Source: Candidatus Saccharimonadales bacterium (GTDB taxonomy: Bacteria; Patescibacteriota; Saccharimonadia; Saccharimonadales; JAYRRP01). From it: a stretch of 64,000 nt of DNA. Under the pieces are notes generated by a model. The model was not told where the DNA came from. It did not search any database and saw only the letters and a list, made by a program, of their open reading frames with translations. The stretch is taken from NCBI GenBank assembly GCA_041906765.1, contig JAYRIP010000003.1, positions 94,760-158,759 of the forward strand. Direction: 5' to 3'. Of this stretch, positions 10,186-19,689 are shown piece after piece. Made by a program: the position numbers and the translations under genes. The number at the start of each line of letters is the position of its first letter. Position 1 is the first letter of the stretch.

Positions 10186-10196
10186 TTTACTACAAT
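10168..10196 (+). promoter_or_regulatory. Sigma-70-type promoter for clpP
   Basis: TTGACG (10168-10173), 17-nt spacer, TACAAT (10191-10196). The -35 box sits in the CIRCE spacer. Confidence 0.55.
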
Positions 10197-10202
10197 TGAA
10201 CT

Positions 10203-10844
10203 ATGCAATCTCAAACTATTAATCAGACAAGCCCACGCCAGGTTCTTATCCCCACTGTCATTGAAAGCGAGGGAAGAATTGAGCGGGCATATGACATTTA
10301 CTCACGACTTCTAAAAGATAGGATTATCTTCATTGGTGACGATATTAACCCGCATAGTGCCAATCTTATTGTTGCTCAGTTACTGTTCCTTGATAATGAA
10401 GACACAAATAAAGACATTTATCTGTACATTAACAGCCCTGGTGGCAGTGTTTATGATGCCTTGGCTATTTATGACACCATGCACTATGTGAAAAGTGATA
10501 TTCAAACCGTTGGTATTGGCGTCCAGGCCAGCGCAGCGGCATTTTTGTTAAGCAGCGGCACCAAAGGTAAGCGTTATTTATTGCCTCACGCAACAGTGAT
10601 GATCCACCAACCTTCAAGCGGTACTAGGGGTAAGGTAACAGATCAGGAAATTGATCTGCGCGAGGCCCTACGGGTAAAGAAATTAATGGAAGAAATTATG
10701 ACCCGAAACACTGGTCAGAAAATTGACCGCATCCACCATGACATGGAGCGTGATTTCTGGATGACAGCCGAGGAAGCCCGTAGCTACGGATTAGTAGATG
10801 GCGTCATTGAGAATCCCGCTGAAGCGAAAAGAAAAAAGACTTGA
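10203..10844 (+). CDS. clpP: ATP-dependent Clp protease proteolytic subunit
   Basis: 213 aa. Motifs YINSPGGSV (catalytic Ser region), MIHQPS and [11 protein letters not shown]. Confidence 0.95.
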   Translation: MQSQTINQTSPRQVLIPTVIESEGRIERAYDIYSRLLKDRIIFIGDDINPHSANLIVAQLLFLDNEDTNKDIYLYINSPGGSVYDALAIYDTMHYVKSDIQTVGIGVQASAAAFLLSSGTKGKRYLLPHATVMIHQPSSGTRGKVTDQEIDLREALRVKKLMEEIMTRNTGQKIDRIHHDMERDFWMTAEEARSYGLVDGVIENPAEAKRKKT

Positions 10845-11019
10845 CAAGATAATTTCACTCGGTCAAACTGTTAGTCAAGAAGTAGTGTAAGTTGGGCTGT
10901 GCAGGCTTTTACCCTAAACGCACCAAAAAATACCGGCTTAGTAACCTTCGCGTGCGAAACGAAAAAATTAAGCAACTAACTATACTTTGGCATCTGCGCT
11001 AAAGGGAGTATGGAGAGGT

Positions 11020-14000
11020 ATGGCAGGAGCTTCTACAAAGGCACATGCAAAAACAAACAGAGAGTATTTCAATAAAAAAGACGAGGTTATCCAGCTTCCC
11101 AATTTGGTTGATCATCAAAATACTTCTTTTCAATGGTTTATTGAAGAAGGCTTGGGTGAGTTACTACAGGAAATCAGCCCGATTGATGATTATACTGGCA
11201 CCAAACTATCTTTATCTTTTACGGGCTATCGATTTGATAAGCCAAAATTAACAGAGGCAGAGGCAAGAGAAAACAATGTGAGTTTTGAAGCTCCACTGAA
11301 GGCAACTGTAGAACTCACAAATAAAGTAACTGGTGAAGTAAAAAAACAAGAGATATACCTTGGTGACTATCCGTGGATGACAAGTCGGGGTACGTTTGTC
11401 ATTAATGGTGCAGAACGTGTAGTTGTGAGTCAGCTTATCCGCTCAGCCGGAGTTTTCTTTACAGCCGAGGCACACGGTACCAATAATCTGTACGGCGCAA
11501 AAGTAATTCCGGGGCGGGGTGCATGGCTTGAGTTTGAGACTTCAGCGTCAGGAGCAATTTACGTAAAGATTGACCGCAAGCGCAAAATTGCCGTGACTAC
11601 CCTTTTGCGCGCACTCGGATTGAGCGAAGTCGAAATGCGTGATCGTTTTGCCCACGTTGATCAGGGCAATCTAAATTATCTTGATGCCACGCTGGACAAG
11701 GATCCTGCTCGTGGGGTTAATGAAGCACTGATTGAAGTATTTCGTCGACTGCGCCCGGGGGACCTGGCAACTGTTGACAACGCACGCAGCCTACTTGAGA
11801 ACATGTTTTATAACTTTAAGCGTTTTGATTTTAGTCGCGTTGGCCGTTATAAGATTAACAAACGACTTGATCTCGATATTCCAAATACAGTGCAAAATCG
11901 TGTGATGCGTCTTGATGACCTTGTAGCTATTGTGGCTGAGATTATTAGACTGAATAATACCCAGGAAGCACCAGACGATATTGATAGCCTCGCCAATCGT
12001 CGTGTGAAATTAGTCGGCGAGTTAGTACAGCGACAGTTCCGCATCGGTTTGCTCCGTATGGAACGGAATACTAAAGATCGTATGAGTATGAGTGAAATAG
12101 AAACGGTAACACCGGCACAACTCATAAATGCTCGCCCGGTTGTGGCAGCAGTCCGCGAGTTTTTCGCCAGTTCACAATTAAGCCAGTTTATGGATCAGAT
12201 TAATCCATTGAGCGAATTGGCTCACAAACGTCGGCTGAGTTCAATGGGCCCAGGTGGTTTGAGTAGAGAGCGTGCTGGCTTTGAGGTGCGTGATGCTCAT
12301 GCTACTCATTATGGGAGGATTTGTCCTGTAGAGACGCCAGAGGGCGCAAATATTGGACTCGTCTTAAACCTAGCGAGTTACGCACGTATTAATGAATATG
12401 GTTTTATAGAAACGCCATACCGCAAAGTACTAAACGCTGTTCCGGCCACTAAAGCAGTTGGTCACATCGCCAGTGTAAACCTTGAAGATGAGAAGGGTCG
12501 CGTAATAGTAAAAGTCGGCGAAAAAATTTCAGCCGCTACCGCAAAAAAGCTGGAAAAAATTAAAAATAGAGCAACCTGGCCAGTAAAAGCGAAGGTTACC
12601 AATGAAATAGTCTACCTTGATGCATCAGAAGAAGATCATGCAGTTATTGCTGGCGCAGGCGAAGAGATAGATAAGGATGGCTACTTTATCAGTGAACGTG
12701 TCAGTGCCCGCAATCGATTGGTATCTGGAGAAGTAGACGCAGACGAAGTAACTCATATTGACGCGTCACGTCACCAAGTTATTGGCTCAAGCGCTGCGCT
12801 GATTCCTTTTATTGAGAAAAACTATGTGTATCGATCGCTTATGGGAAGTAACCAACAGCGCCAGGCTGTACCGCTTATTAATCCGCAAACACCGATTGTT
12901 GGAACTGGCATGGAGGGTCCCGTCGCGGATAATTCAGGCCAGTTAATACGTGCTGAAGCTGCCGGTACCATAACAAAAGCAACGGCAGATGAAGTGGCAG
13001 TCAAATATAAGGAAAGAATCGCCCATTATTACCCGCAACATTTTATCCGGAGTAATGAAGGCACTTCTATCAATCAAAAAGTAGTAGTCATTACCGGTCA
13101 GAAAGTTTCAGCGGGCGACGTATTGATCGAGGGAATGTCGATTAATGAGGGTGAGCTTGCTCTTGGGCGTGATCTGGTAGTAGCTTTTATGCCCTGGGCC
13201 GGCTATAACTTCGAGGATGCCATAATTATTTCTCGCAAGCTGGTCGAAGATGACGACCTAACCTCGGTTCATATAGTTGATTTTATGACGGAAGTTCGTG
13301 AAACAAAACTAGGTCCGGAAATTGTTACCCGTGATATACCAAATGTTTCTGAAGAGGCTTTGCGCCACCTTGATGAAGACGGCATTGTACGTATAGGTGC
13401 CGAAGTACATCCAGGAGATATACTTGTGGGTAAGATTACTCCAAAAGGTGAGCAGGAACTTAGCAGTGAGGAAAGATTGCTAAGGGCAATTTTCGGTGAA
13501 AAAGCAAAAGAAGTTCGTGACACCTCACAACGTATGAGCAATGGTAAGCATGGCAAGGTGGTTGGGGTAAAAATATTTAGCCGTGAATTAGGTCATGACC
13601 TAAAGGCCGGAGTCATCATGCAAATACAGATTTACGTTGCGCAGATGCGTAAAATCGCAGTTGGTGACAAGCTTGGAGGCCGACACGGGAATAAAGGTGT
13701 GATCGCCAGAATCCTGCCAGCTGAAGATATGCCATTTATGGAAGATGGCACCCCCGTGGATATCATTCTAAACCCGTTGGGTGTACCATCGCGGATGAAC
13801 GTCGGTCAGTTATTCGAGACACACTTGGGAATGGCAGCGCGTGTGTTAGGCATGAAAGTGGCTAGTCCTTCGTTTAGTGGGGTGCCCACTGATGAAATCA
13901 AAGGCTTGCTCACAAAAGCCGGTTTACCGGACGACGGGAAACAGCAACTGTATGATGGCCGAACCGGTGAACCTTTTAACGAGCGCACAACTGTCGGTAG

Positions 14001-14607
14001 TATGTATATGATTAAACTCAACCACATGATTGCCGATAAAATTCATGCCCGCAGTACAGGACCATATACTATGGTGACTCAGCAACCACTTGGTGGTAAG
14101 GCTCAAAACGGCGGCCAAAGGTTTGGCGAGATGGAAGTATGGGCTTTAGAAGCATATGGTGTTGCCCACACCCTGCAGGAAATGTTAACTATCAAGTCAG
14201 ACGATGTATATGGCCGCTCGAAAGCTTATGAGGCGATCATTAAGAATACTGAGATAGTAGGGCCTAAAGTGCCTGAGAGCTTTAACGTGTTGGTAAAAGA
14301 GCTTCAAGGTTTAAGTCTGAAGGTTGATCTTTATACAAGCTCGAAGGTCGTTGACGCCGAGGATGTGCTGGCGACAAACATTAAAGATGAGGCGGAGCAC
14401 CTTGCTGATGTAGACGTACCAGCGCCAGAAATATCAGAAGTTGATGTTACACAGGATGCGGTAGAAGATGAGTTCGCAATACTGGGTCTTGAAGACGATC
14501 GCCCGCAAGATAGTGAAGATCAAACAGAGGCTGAGCAGCTAACCGTTACAGCTGAAGAGGTAAATGCGCCATCCGATAAAGCGATTGATGAGAAGGAGGC
14601 AGTGTAA
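11020..14607 (+). CDS. rpoB: DNA-directed RNA polymerase subunit beta
   Basis: Conserved blocks LPNLVDHQNTSFQWF, RLSSMGPGGLSRERAGFEVRD, GRHGNKGV and QRFGEMEVWALEAYG. The ORF is open from TTG 10987; ATG 11020 downstream of AAGGGAG is preferred. The C-terminal tail is acidic. Confidence 0.95.
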   Translation: MAGASTKAHAKTNREYFNKKDEVIQLPNLVDHQNTSFQWFIEEGLGELLQEISPIDDYTGTKLSLSFTGYRFDKPKLTEAEARENNVSFEAPLKATVELTNKVTGEVKKQEIYLGDYPWMTSRGTFVINGAERVVVSQLIRSAGVFFTAEAHGTNNLYGAKVIPGRGAWLEFETSASGAIYVKIDRKRKIAVTTLLRALGLSEVEMRDRFAHVDQGNLNYLDATLDKDPARGVNEALIEVFRRLRPGDLATVDNARSLLENMFYNFKRFDFSRVGRYKINKRLDLDIPNTVQNRVMRLDDLVAIVAEIIRLNNTQEAPDDIDSLANRRVKLVGELVQRQFRIGLLRMERNTKDRMSMSEIETVTPAQLINARPVVAAVREFFASSQLSQFMDQINPLSELAHKRRLSSMGPGGLSRERAGFEVRDAHATHYGRICPVETPEGANIGLVLNLASYARINEYGFIETPYRKVLNAVPATKAVGHIASVNLEDEKGRVIVKVGEKISAATAKKLEKIKNRATWPVKAKVTNEIVYLDASEEDHAVIAGAGEEIDKDGYFISERVSARNRLVSGEVDADEVTHIDASRHQVIGSSAALIPFIEKNYVYRSLMGSNQQRQAVPLINPQTPIVGTGMEGPVADNSGQLIRAEAAGTITKATADEVAVKYKERIAHYYPQHFIRSNEGTSINQKVVVITGQKVSAGDVLIEGMSINEGELALGRDLVVAFMPWAGYNFEDAIIISRKLVEDDDLTSVHIVDFMTEVRETKLGPEIVTRDIPNVSEEALRHLDEDGIVRIGAEVHPGDILVGKITPKGEQELSSEERLLRAIFGEKAKEVRDTSQRMSNGKHGKVVGVKIFSRELGHDLKAGVIMQIQIYVAQMRKIAVGDKLGGRHGNKGVIARILPAEDMPFMEDGTPVDIILNPLGVPSRMNVGQLFETHLGMAARVLGMKVASPSFSGVPTDEIKGLLTKAGLPDDGKQQLYDGRTGEPFNERTTVGSMYMIKLNHMIADKIHARSTGPYTMVTQQPLGGKAQNGGQRFGEMEVWALEAYGVAHTLQEMLTIKSDDVYGRSKAYEAIIKNTEIVGPKVPESFNVLVKELQGLSLKVDLYTSSKVVDAEDVLATNIKDEAEHLADVDVPAPEISEVDVTQDAVEDEFAILGLEDDRPQDSEDQTEAEQLTVTAEEVNAPSDKAIDEKEAV

Positions 14608-14611
14608 GGCC

Positions 14612-17600
14612 ATGAGACGATATCAAAACGGAACGAATATTGCCGACTTTGACGCAGTTCGGTTGGCTGTAGCCAGTCCAGAAGACATTTTGGACTGGTC
14701 CTACGGTGAAGTTACTAAACCGGAGACTATTAATTACCGCACACAGAAACCTGAACGCGATGGCTTATTCTGTGAGCGGATCTTCGGTCCGGTTAAAGAC
14801 ATTAGCCCCCATGACGCAAAGTACAAGGGCGTGAGGTCAAGGGAGGCAGCCGTCGATAAAAATGGTGAGATTGTGACGAAGTCGATTGTTCGCCGCGAAC
14901 GGATGGGTCATATTTCACTTGCTTCACCCGTTGCGCATATTTGGTTCTTGCGAGGCACACCCTCAGCCATTGGGCTTGTACTCGGTATGACGGTTAAAAA
15001 TTTAGAGCGCGTTACCTATTTTGCCAACTACATTATCAAATCAGTGGATACTACAAAACGTGACCAAATCGCAGCTGATAAAGAAGCGGAATTTAATGCA
15101 GCCAAAGAGGCCATTCGGCTTCGCTATGAAAAGGAAGCAGCTGAGCTAGATGCTGGTCCAACAAAGGAACTTGCTGAGCGCCAAACCAAAGAACTTGAAC
15201 AACTTACCAAAAATTACGAACAAACGAAGGGTCAGCTGGATTTGCTACAACAGTATAGCTTGATCGGTGAAACCGAATATCGCGCACTGCCAGATGAACT
15301 TCGAACCTTGATTCAGGTCGGGATGGGTGGCTCGGCATTAAAAGACCTACTGGAAGATGTTGATCTCAATAAGTTGATTGAGCAGCTAACCAAAGAGTCT
15401 GAAGAAGCAAAGGGTCAGCGAAAGAAAAAGCTAATGAAGCGGATGCGCCTACTCGAGAGTATGAGCCGTGCAGGCATTAAACCGGGCAGCCTTTGCTTGA
15501 CAGTCTTGCCAGTAATACCTCCTGACCTTCGGCCTATGGTCCAACTCACTGGTGGCAGGTTTGCCACGAGTGACTTAAATGATCTTTATCGACGAGTCAT
15601 TAATCGCAATAACCGACTGAAGAAGCTTATTGAGCTCAACGCTCCAGAAGTAATTCGGCGCAACGAGCAACGTATGTTGCAAGAGGCGGTTGATGCACTT
15701 ATTGATAATGGGAATGCAAGATCGGGCAGGGCCGTGGCTGCCACAGGCCAACGTCGTCGCCTAAAATCACTGAGTGATATGTTAAAAGGCAAACAAGGCC
15801 GGTTTCGTCAGAATCTGCTTGGTAAAAGGGTGGATTATTCTGGGCGTTCGGTAATTGTTGCTGGACCGGAACTAAAGATAAACCAGTGTGGCTTACCGAA
15901 GATGATGGCACTTGAGCTGTTCAAGCCAATGGTAATTGGTAATTTGATTACCAACGAACAAGCACACAATATTCGTAGTGCTACACGTATGATTGAAGCC
16001 GGTGAAATAGCCGTATGGGACGCCTTAGACGAAGTAATCAAGGAGAAGTATGTTCTATTGAACCGTGCACCAAGTTTACACCGTCTTAGTATTCAGGCAT
16101 TCCAGCCTATCTTGATTGAAGGCAAAGCCATCCAGTTGCATCCACTGGTGTGTAAAGGTTTTAATGCTGACTTCGATGGGGATCAGATGGCGGTTCACTT
16201 GCCATTATCTGATGCTGCCCAAACAGAAGCCGATGAGATAATGGCTGCAAATAAAAACCTGTTGAAGCCAGCTGATGGTTCACCGATCTTACATATTGAA
16301 CAGGATATTGTCTTGGGATGTTACTACCTGACCTATGAGCGACGCGGTGATAAAGACAAAGAGCCTCGCACCTTCATTAGTCTCGAAGAAGCAATCATGG
16401 CTTACGATAAAGGTACGGTAACTTTGCAGAGCCGTGTGCGTGTGCCTTTTAGAGGTGAAGTGCGTCATACAACGCTAGGACGACTGCTCTTTAATGAGTT
16501 GTTCCCTGAAGATTTCCCATTTCAGGACACGCCTATGACAAAGAAGAATCTACAGACTGTGATGACACAGGTTTATCACCGCTATGGTCAAACTGAGACT
16601 GCCGAAATTGCTGATAACCTGAAAGATATTGGTTTCACTTACGCTACCCAGTCGGGACTATCTATGGGAATGGGCGATTTCAGTGATATTAAACAGCTTG
16701 AGTCAATTTTGGCAAAAGGCGAACAGAAAGCAGTAGAGATTAGCCAACAGTACGACCAGGGGTTCATTACGGATGAAGAACGGTATCGTTTAACGGTTGA
16801 AAACTGGATGGAAACTGATGCTACAGTACAGACAGCCCTTAGCGAACAGTTTGCAGGTGAGGATAGCGCAATGTCAACTGCTGTGGTGTCTGGGGCTAGA
16901 GGAAATATTGGACAGGTAAAAACTGCGGTCGGTATGCTTGGTGTTATTGCTGATACCACTGGACGGGCAATTGAACTGCCGATCAGGTCAAATTACAAAA
17001 GTGGCTTAACACCTCTGGAGTACTTTACTGCTACCCGTGGCGCCAGAAAGGGTATGATTGATACCGCTCTTAAGACGGCCGATTCTGGTTACCTGACGCG
17101 AAGATTGGTAGATGTGAGCCAGGATGTGTTCACGATTGATGAAAACGTAGAAGACGCTGGTTTTGCTATTTTTCGTCAAGATTCCAGCAGTATAGGCGTT
17201 AGTTATGCTTCCCGATTGCAGGGTCGTTTTGCCGCTGAAAAGATTGGCAAACATGTGAAGAGAGGTGGTCTGATCTCTAAAGAAATTGCTGAGGCGATCG
17301 ACGCTGATGAGACTCTCGATGGTGTCAATATAATGTCGGTACTTAGTTGCAGTAGTGTACGGGGTGTAAGCCGCAAATCTTATGGTGTCGATCCGGCTAC
17401 CGGTGAACTTGTTTCTGATCATCATCCAATTGGTGTGATTGCCGCCCAAAGTATTGGTGAGCCAGGAACCCAGTTAACGCTTCGAACGTTCCATGCCGGT
17501 GGTGTGGCGGGTGAAGACATCACAACAGGTTTGCCCCGGGTTGAAGAACTCTTTGAAGTTCGTACCCCCAAAGGCCAGGCTTATTTGTCTGAAATTGACG

Positions 17601-18418
17601 GGGTAGTCACTGCTTGGGAAGAGGGTGATCACTATATTGTCCAAGTGCTGGCTGCTGATGCAAAAGCTATCGAGTTGCCGTTGGACGGACGACTGGCTCA
17701 AATATCAACTGGTTCCGAGGTAGCCAAAGGCGATGTGGTTGCAGCTGATAAAAACGGTAAAAAGCCACTGGTAGCACCTGTCGGTGGCACCGCAGAAGTT
17801 ATGAAAGGTGCAGTGGTGATTGTGCCAAGCGGCAAAGGACTTTTCCGCTACGAAATCCCTGGCTTTAAGCAGTTGAGCGTAAAAGATGGCGACCAGGTAG
17901 TAGCAGGACAAAGGTTAACAAATGGATCAATCAACTTGCATGAGTTAATGCGACTGCAAGGTGTCGAGGCAACGCAACGTTACATCATGAATGAGATTCT
18001 GAGAATTTTTGCCTCTCAGGGTCAGAACATTGCCGACAAGCACCTTGAGGTTATTGTGAGACAAATGTTTAGCCGTGTGCAGATAGAGGATGCAGGTGAC
18101 AGTAAATTCGTCACGGGTGATATAGTGAGCAAACAGGCGGTGGTAGATCAAAATGAGCAACTGGTAAAGAGTGGTAAGCAGCCAGCAAAATATAGCCAAT
18201 TACTGCTTGGTATCACCAAGGCTTCATTGTCTACTGATTCGTTCTTAAGTGCAGCGAGTTTTCAGGATACCACCCGGGTACTTATTAGTGCCGCCACAAG
18301 TGGCAAAGTAGACAACCTCTTTGGGTTGAAAGAGAATGTCATACTGGGCCGCATGATTCCGGTTGGTACAGGCTACAAAGAGGAGGAGGAAACTACCTCT
18401 GTTGACGATAATGAGTAA
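14612..18418 (+). CDS. rpoC: DNA-directed RNA polymerase subunit beta'
   Basis: Catalytic NADFDGDQMAVH, plus the NRAPSLHRLSIQAF and GRFRQNLLGKRVDYSGRS blocks. ATG 14612 is preceded by AAGGAGG (14593-14599). The track start at 14564 would overlap rpoB by 44 nt. Confidence 0.95.
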   Translation: MRRYQNGTNIADFDAVRLAVASPEDILDWSYGEVTKPETINYRTQKPERDGLFCERIFGPVKDISPHDAKYKGVRSREAAVDKNGEIVTKSIVRRERMGHISLASPVAHIWFLRGTPSAIGLVLGMTVKNLERVTYFANYIIKSVDTTKRDQIAADKEAEFNAAKEAIRLRYEKEAAELDAGPTKELAERQTKELEQLTKNYEQTKGQLDLLQQYSLIGETEYRALPDELRTLIQVGMGGSALKDLLEDVDLNKLIEQLTKESEEAKGQRKKKLMKRMRLLESMSRAGIKPGSLCLTVLPVIPPDLRPMVQLTGGRFATSDLNDLYRRVINRNNRLKKLIELNAPEVIRRNEQRMLQEAVDALIDNGNARSGRAVAATGQRRRLKSLSDMLKGKQGRFRQNLLGKRVDYSGRSVIVAGPELKINQCGLPKMMALELFKPMVIGNLITNEQAHNIRSATRMIEAGEIAVWDALDEVIKEKYVLLNRAPSLHRLSIQAFQPILIEGKAIQLHPLVCKGFNADFDGDQMAVHLPLSDAAQTEADEIMAANKNLLKPADGSPILHIEQDIVLGCYYLTYERRGDKDKEPRTFISLEEAIMAYDKGTVTLQSRVRVPFRGEVRHTTLGRLLFNELFPEDFPFQDTPMTKKNLQTVMTQVYHRYGQTETAEIADNLKDIGFTYATQSGLSMGMGDFSDIKQLESILAKGEQKAVEISQQYDQGFITDEERYRLTVENWMETDATVQTALSEQFAGEDSAMSTAVVSGARGNIGQVKTAVGMLGVIADTTGRAIELPIRSNYKSGLTPLEYFTATRGARKGMIDTALKTADSGYLTRRLVDVSQDVFTIDENVEDAGFAIFRQDSSSIGVSYASRLQGRFAAEKIGKHVKRGGLISKEIAEAIDADETLDGVNIMSVLSCSSVRGVSRKSYGVDPATGELVSDHHPIGVIAAQSIGEPGTQLTLRTFHAGGVAGEDITTGLPRVEELFEVRTPKGQAYLSEIDGVVTAWEEGDHYIVQVLAADAKAIELPLDGRLAQISTGSEVAKGDVVAADKNGKKPLVAPVGGTAEVMKGAVVIVPSGKGLFRYEIPGFKQLSVKDGDQVVAGQRLTNGSINLHELMRLQGVEATQRYIMNEILRIFASQGQNIADKHLEVIVRQMFSRVQIEDAGDSKFVTGDIVSKQAVVDQNEQLVKSGKQPAKYSQLLLGITKASLSTDSFLSAASFQDTTRVLISAATSGKVDNLFGLKENVILGRMIPVGTGYKEEEETTSVDDNE

Positions 18419-18441
18419 AACTGTTAATGTAGGATTTTGAT

Positions 18442-18855
18442 ATGCCCACAATTAATCAATTAGTCAGAAAGCCCCGGAGCAAAGCAGGTGCGAAATCAAA
18501 GTCACCAGCTTTAATGCGGGTGACCAATAACCTTAAAACACGCCATTATGAAAAGTCGGCACCCTTTAAACGCGGTGTATGTGTAAAGGTAACAACGAAA
18601 ACTCCCAAAAAGCCTAACTCAGCCTTGCGCAAGGTAGCTCGCGTACGCCTCACCAATGGATACGAAGTGTGGGCATATATTGGCGGCGAGGGTCACAACC
18701 TACAAGAACATGCGGTAGTACTTGTCCGTGGAGGCCGTGTTAAGGATTTGCCCGGTGTTCGCTACCATATCGTTCGTGGGAGCCTTGATTTACAGGGAGT
18801 ACAGGATCGCAAACAAGGTCGGTCCAAATATGGCACCAAGAAAGCAGGGAAATAA
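18442..18855 (+). CDS. rpsL: 30S ribosomal protein S12
   Basis: [12 protein letters not shown]... and [16 protein letters not shown]. First gene of the str operon. Confidence 0.97.
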   Translation: MPTINQLVRKPRSKAGAKSKSPALMRVTNNLKTRHYEKSAPFKRGVCVKVTTKTPKKPNSALRKVARVRLTNGYEVWAYIGGEGHNLQEHAVVLVRGGRVKDLPGVRYHIVRGSLDLQGVQDRKQGRSKYGTKKAGK

Positions 18856-18859
18856 GTAA

Positions 18860-19339
18860 ATGCCCCGAAAAAAAACCAAGTCTTTAGTGCGTCCAATTCA
18901 GCCAGATAGAGTGTATAAGAGTGTGCAGGTACAACGTGTCATTAATCGTGTTATGGAAGATGGCAAAAAGCAATTGGCTGAACGCTTGGTATATGGTGGC
19001 ATGCAAAAGGCAGCGGATAAGCTCAAGGTCAAAAACCCGATTGAGGTATTCGACCAGGCGTTTAAGAATGTCCAGCCACATATGGAAACACGCTCACGCC
19101 GTGTCGGTGGGGCTAACTACCAGATCCCATTTGAAGTGAAGGGCCAGCGACAGACTCACCTAACCACTATGTGGTTTGTTACAGCGGCGCGGTCGCGAAA
19201 AGGCATGAGCATGGAAGACCGCATCGCTTTAGAGTTAGTCGATGCTTATAACGGCCAAGGTGCTGCCGTAAAGAAAAAAGAAGATACTCATAAAATGGCG
19301 GAGGCTAACCGCGCCTTTGCTCACTTTGCCAGGTATTAA
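18860..19339 (+). CDS. rpsG: 30S ribosomal protein S7
   Basis: 159 aa. Motifs VINRVMEDGKK and RRVGGANYQIP. In the str operon position. Confidence 0.97.
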   Translation: MPRKKTKSLVRPIQPDRVYKSVQVQRVINRVMEDGKKQLAERLVYGGMQKAADKLKVKNPIEVFDQAFKNVQPHMETRSRRVGGANYQIPFEVKGQRQTHLTTMWFVTAARSRKGMSMEDRIALELVDAYNGQGAAVKKKEDTHKMAEANRAFAHFARY

Positions 19340-19687
19340 ATGGCTGAGTATACTTTTGAATTATTCGCAGAAAATCCTTCCTTTTCAGAGAGTGTTTCAT
19401 CGTTTACAGCTCGTATTGAACCGCCGGTTTCCGCACTACCGGAGAGGCCATTCGAAGACTATAATTATGACGGACTGGAAATAAGGCACTATGCCACTAC
19501 GGAAAGTGCATCTGTATACCGAATAGACCACACCCGGGAACAACTCACACATGCGGCACGCACACAACAAGTCGTAGATTGTCTTAATAAGATGTCAGCG
19601 ATACTGAATGGTATAGAAACGAACAACTCTGATGTATGGGCAGAAGGTGAAGAAAGAGTAAATATTCATCAGGCGGGAGAAGTATAA
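19340..19687 (+). CDS. Hypothetical acidic protein inserted between rpsG and fusA
   Basis: 115-aa ORF. Its ATG directly abuts the rpsG TAA, and its TAA lies 2 nt before the fusA ATG. No domain recognised. Confidence 0.55.
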   Translation: MAEYTFELFAENPSFSESVSSFTARIEPPVSALPERPFEDYNYDGLEIRHYATTESASVYRIDHTREQLTHAARTQQVVDCLNKMSAILNGIETNNSDVWAEGEERVNIHQAGEV

Positions 19688-19689
19688 GA

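Noticed and set aside
14564-14611. Upstream start of rpoC that overlaps rpoB by 44 nt.
   Set aside because: ATG 14612 has an AAGGAGG Shine-Dalgarno at proper spacing, and the conserved N-terminus begins there. The extension encodes an Arg-rich non-conserved peptide.
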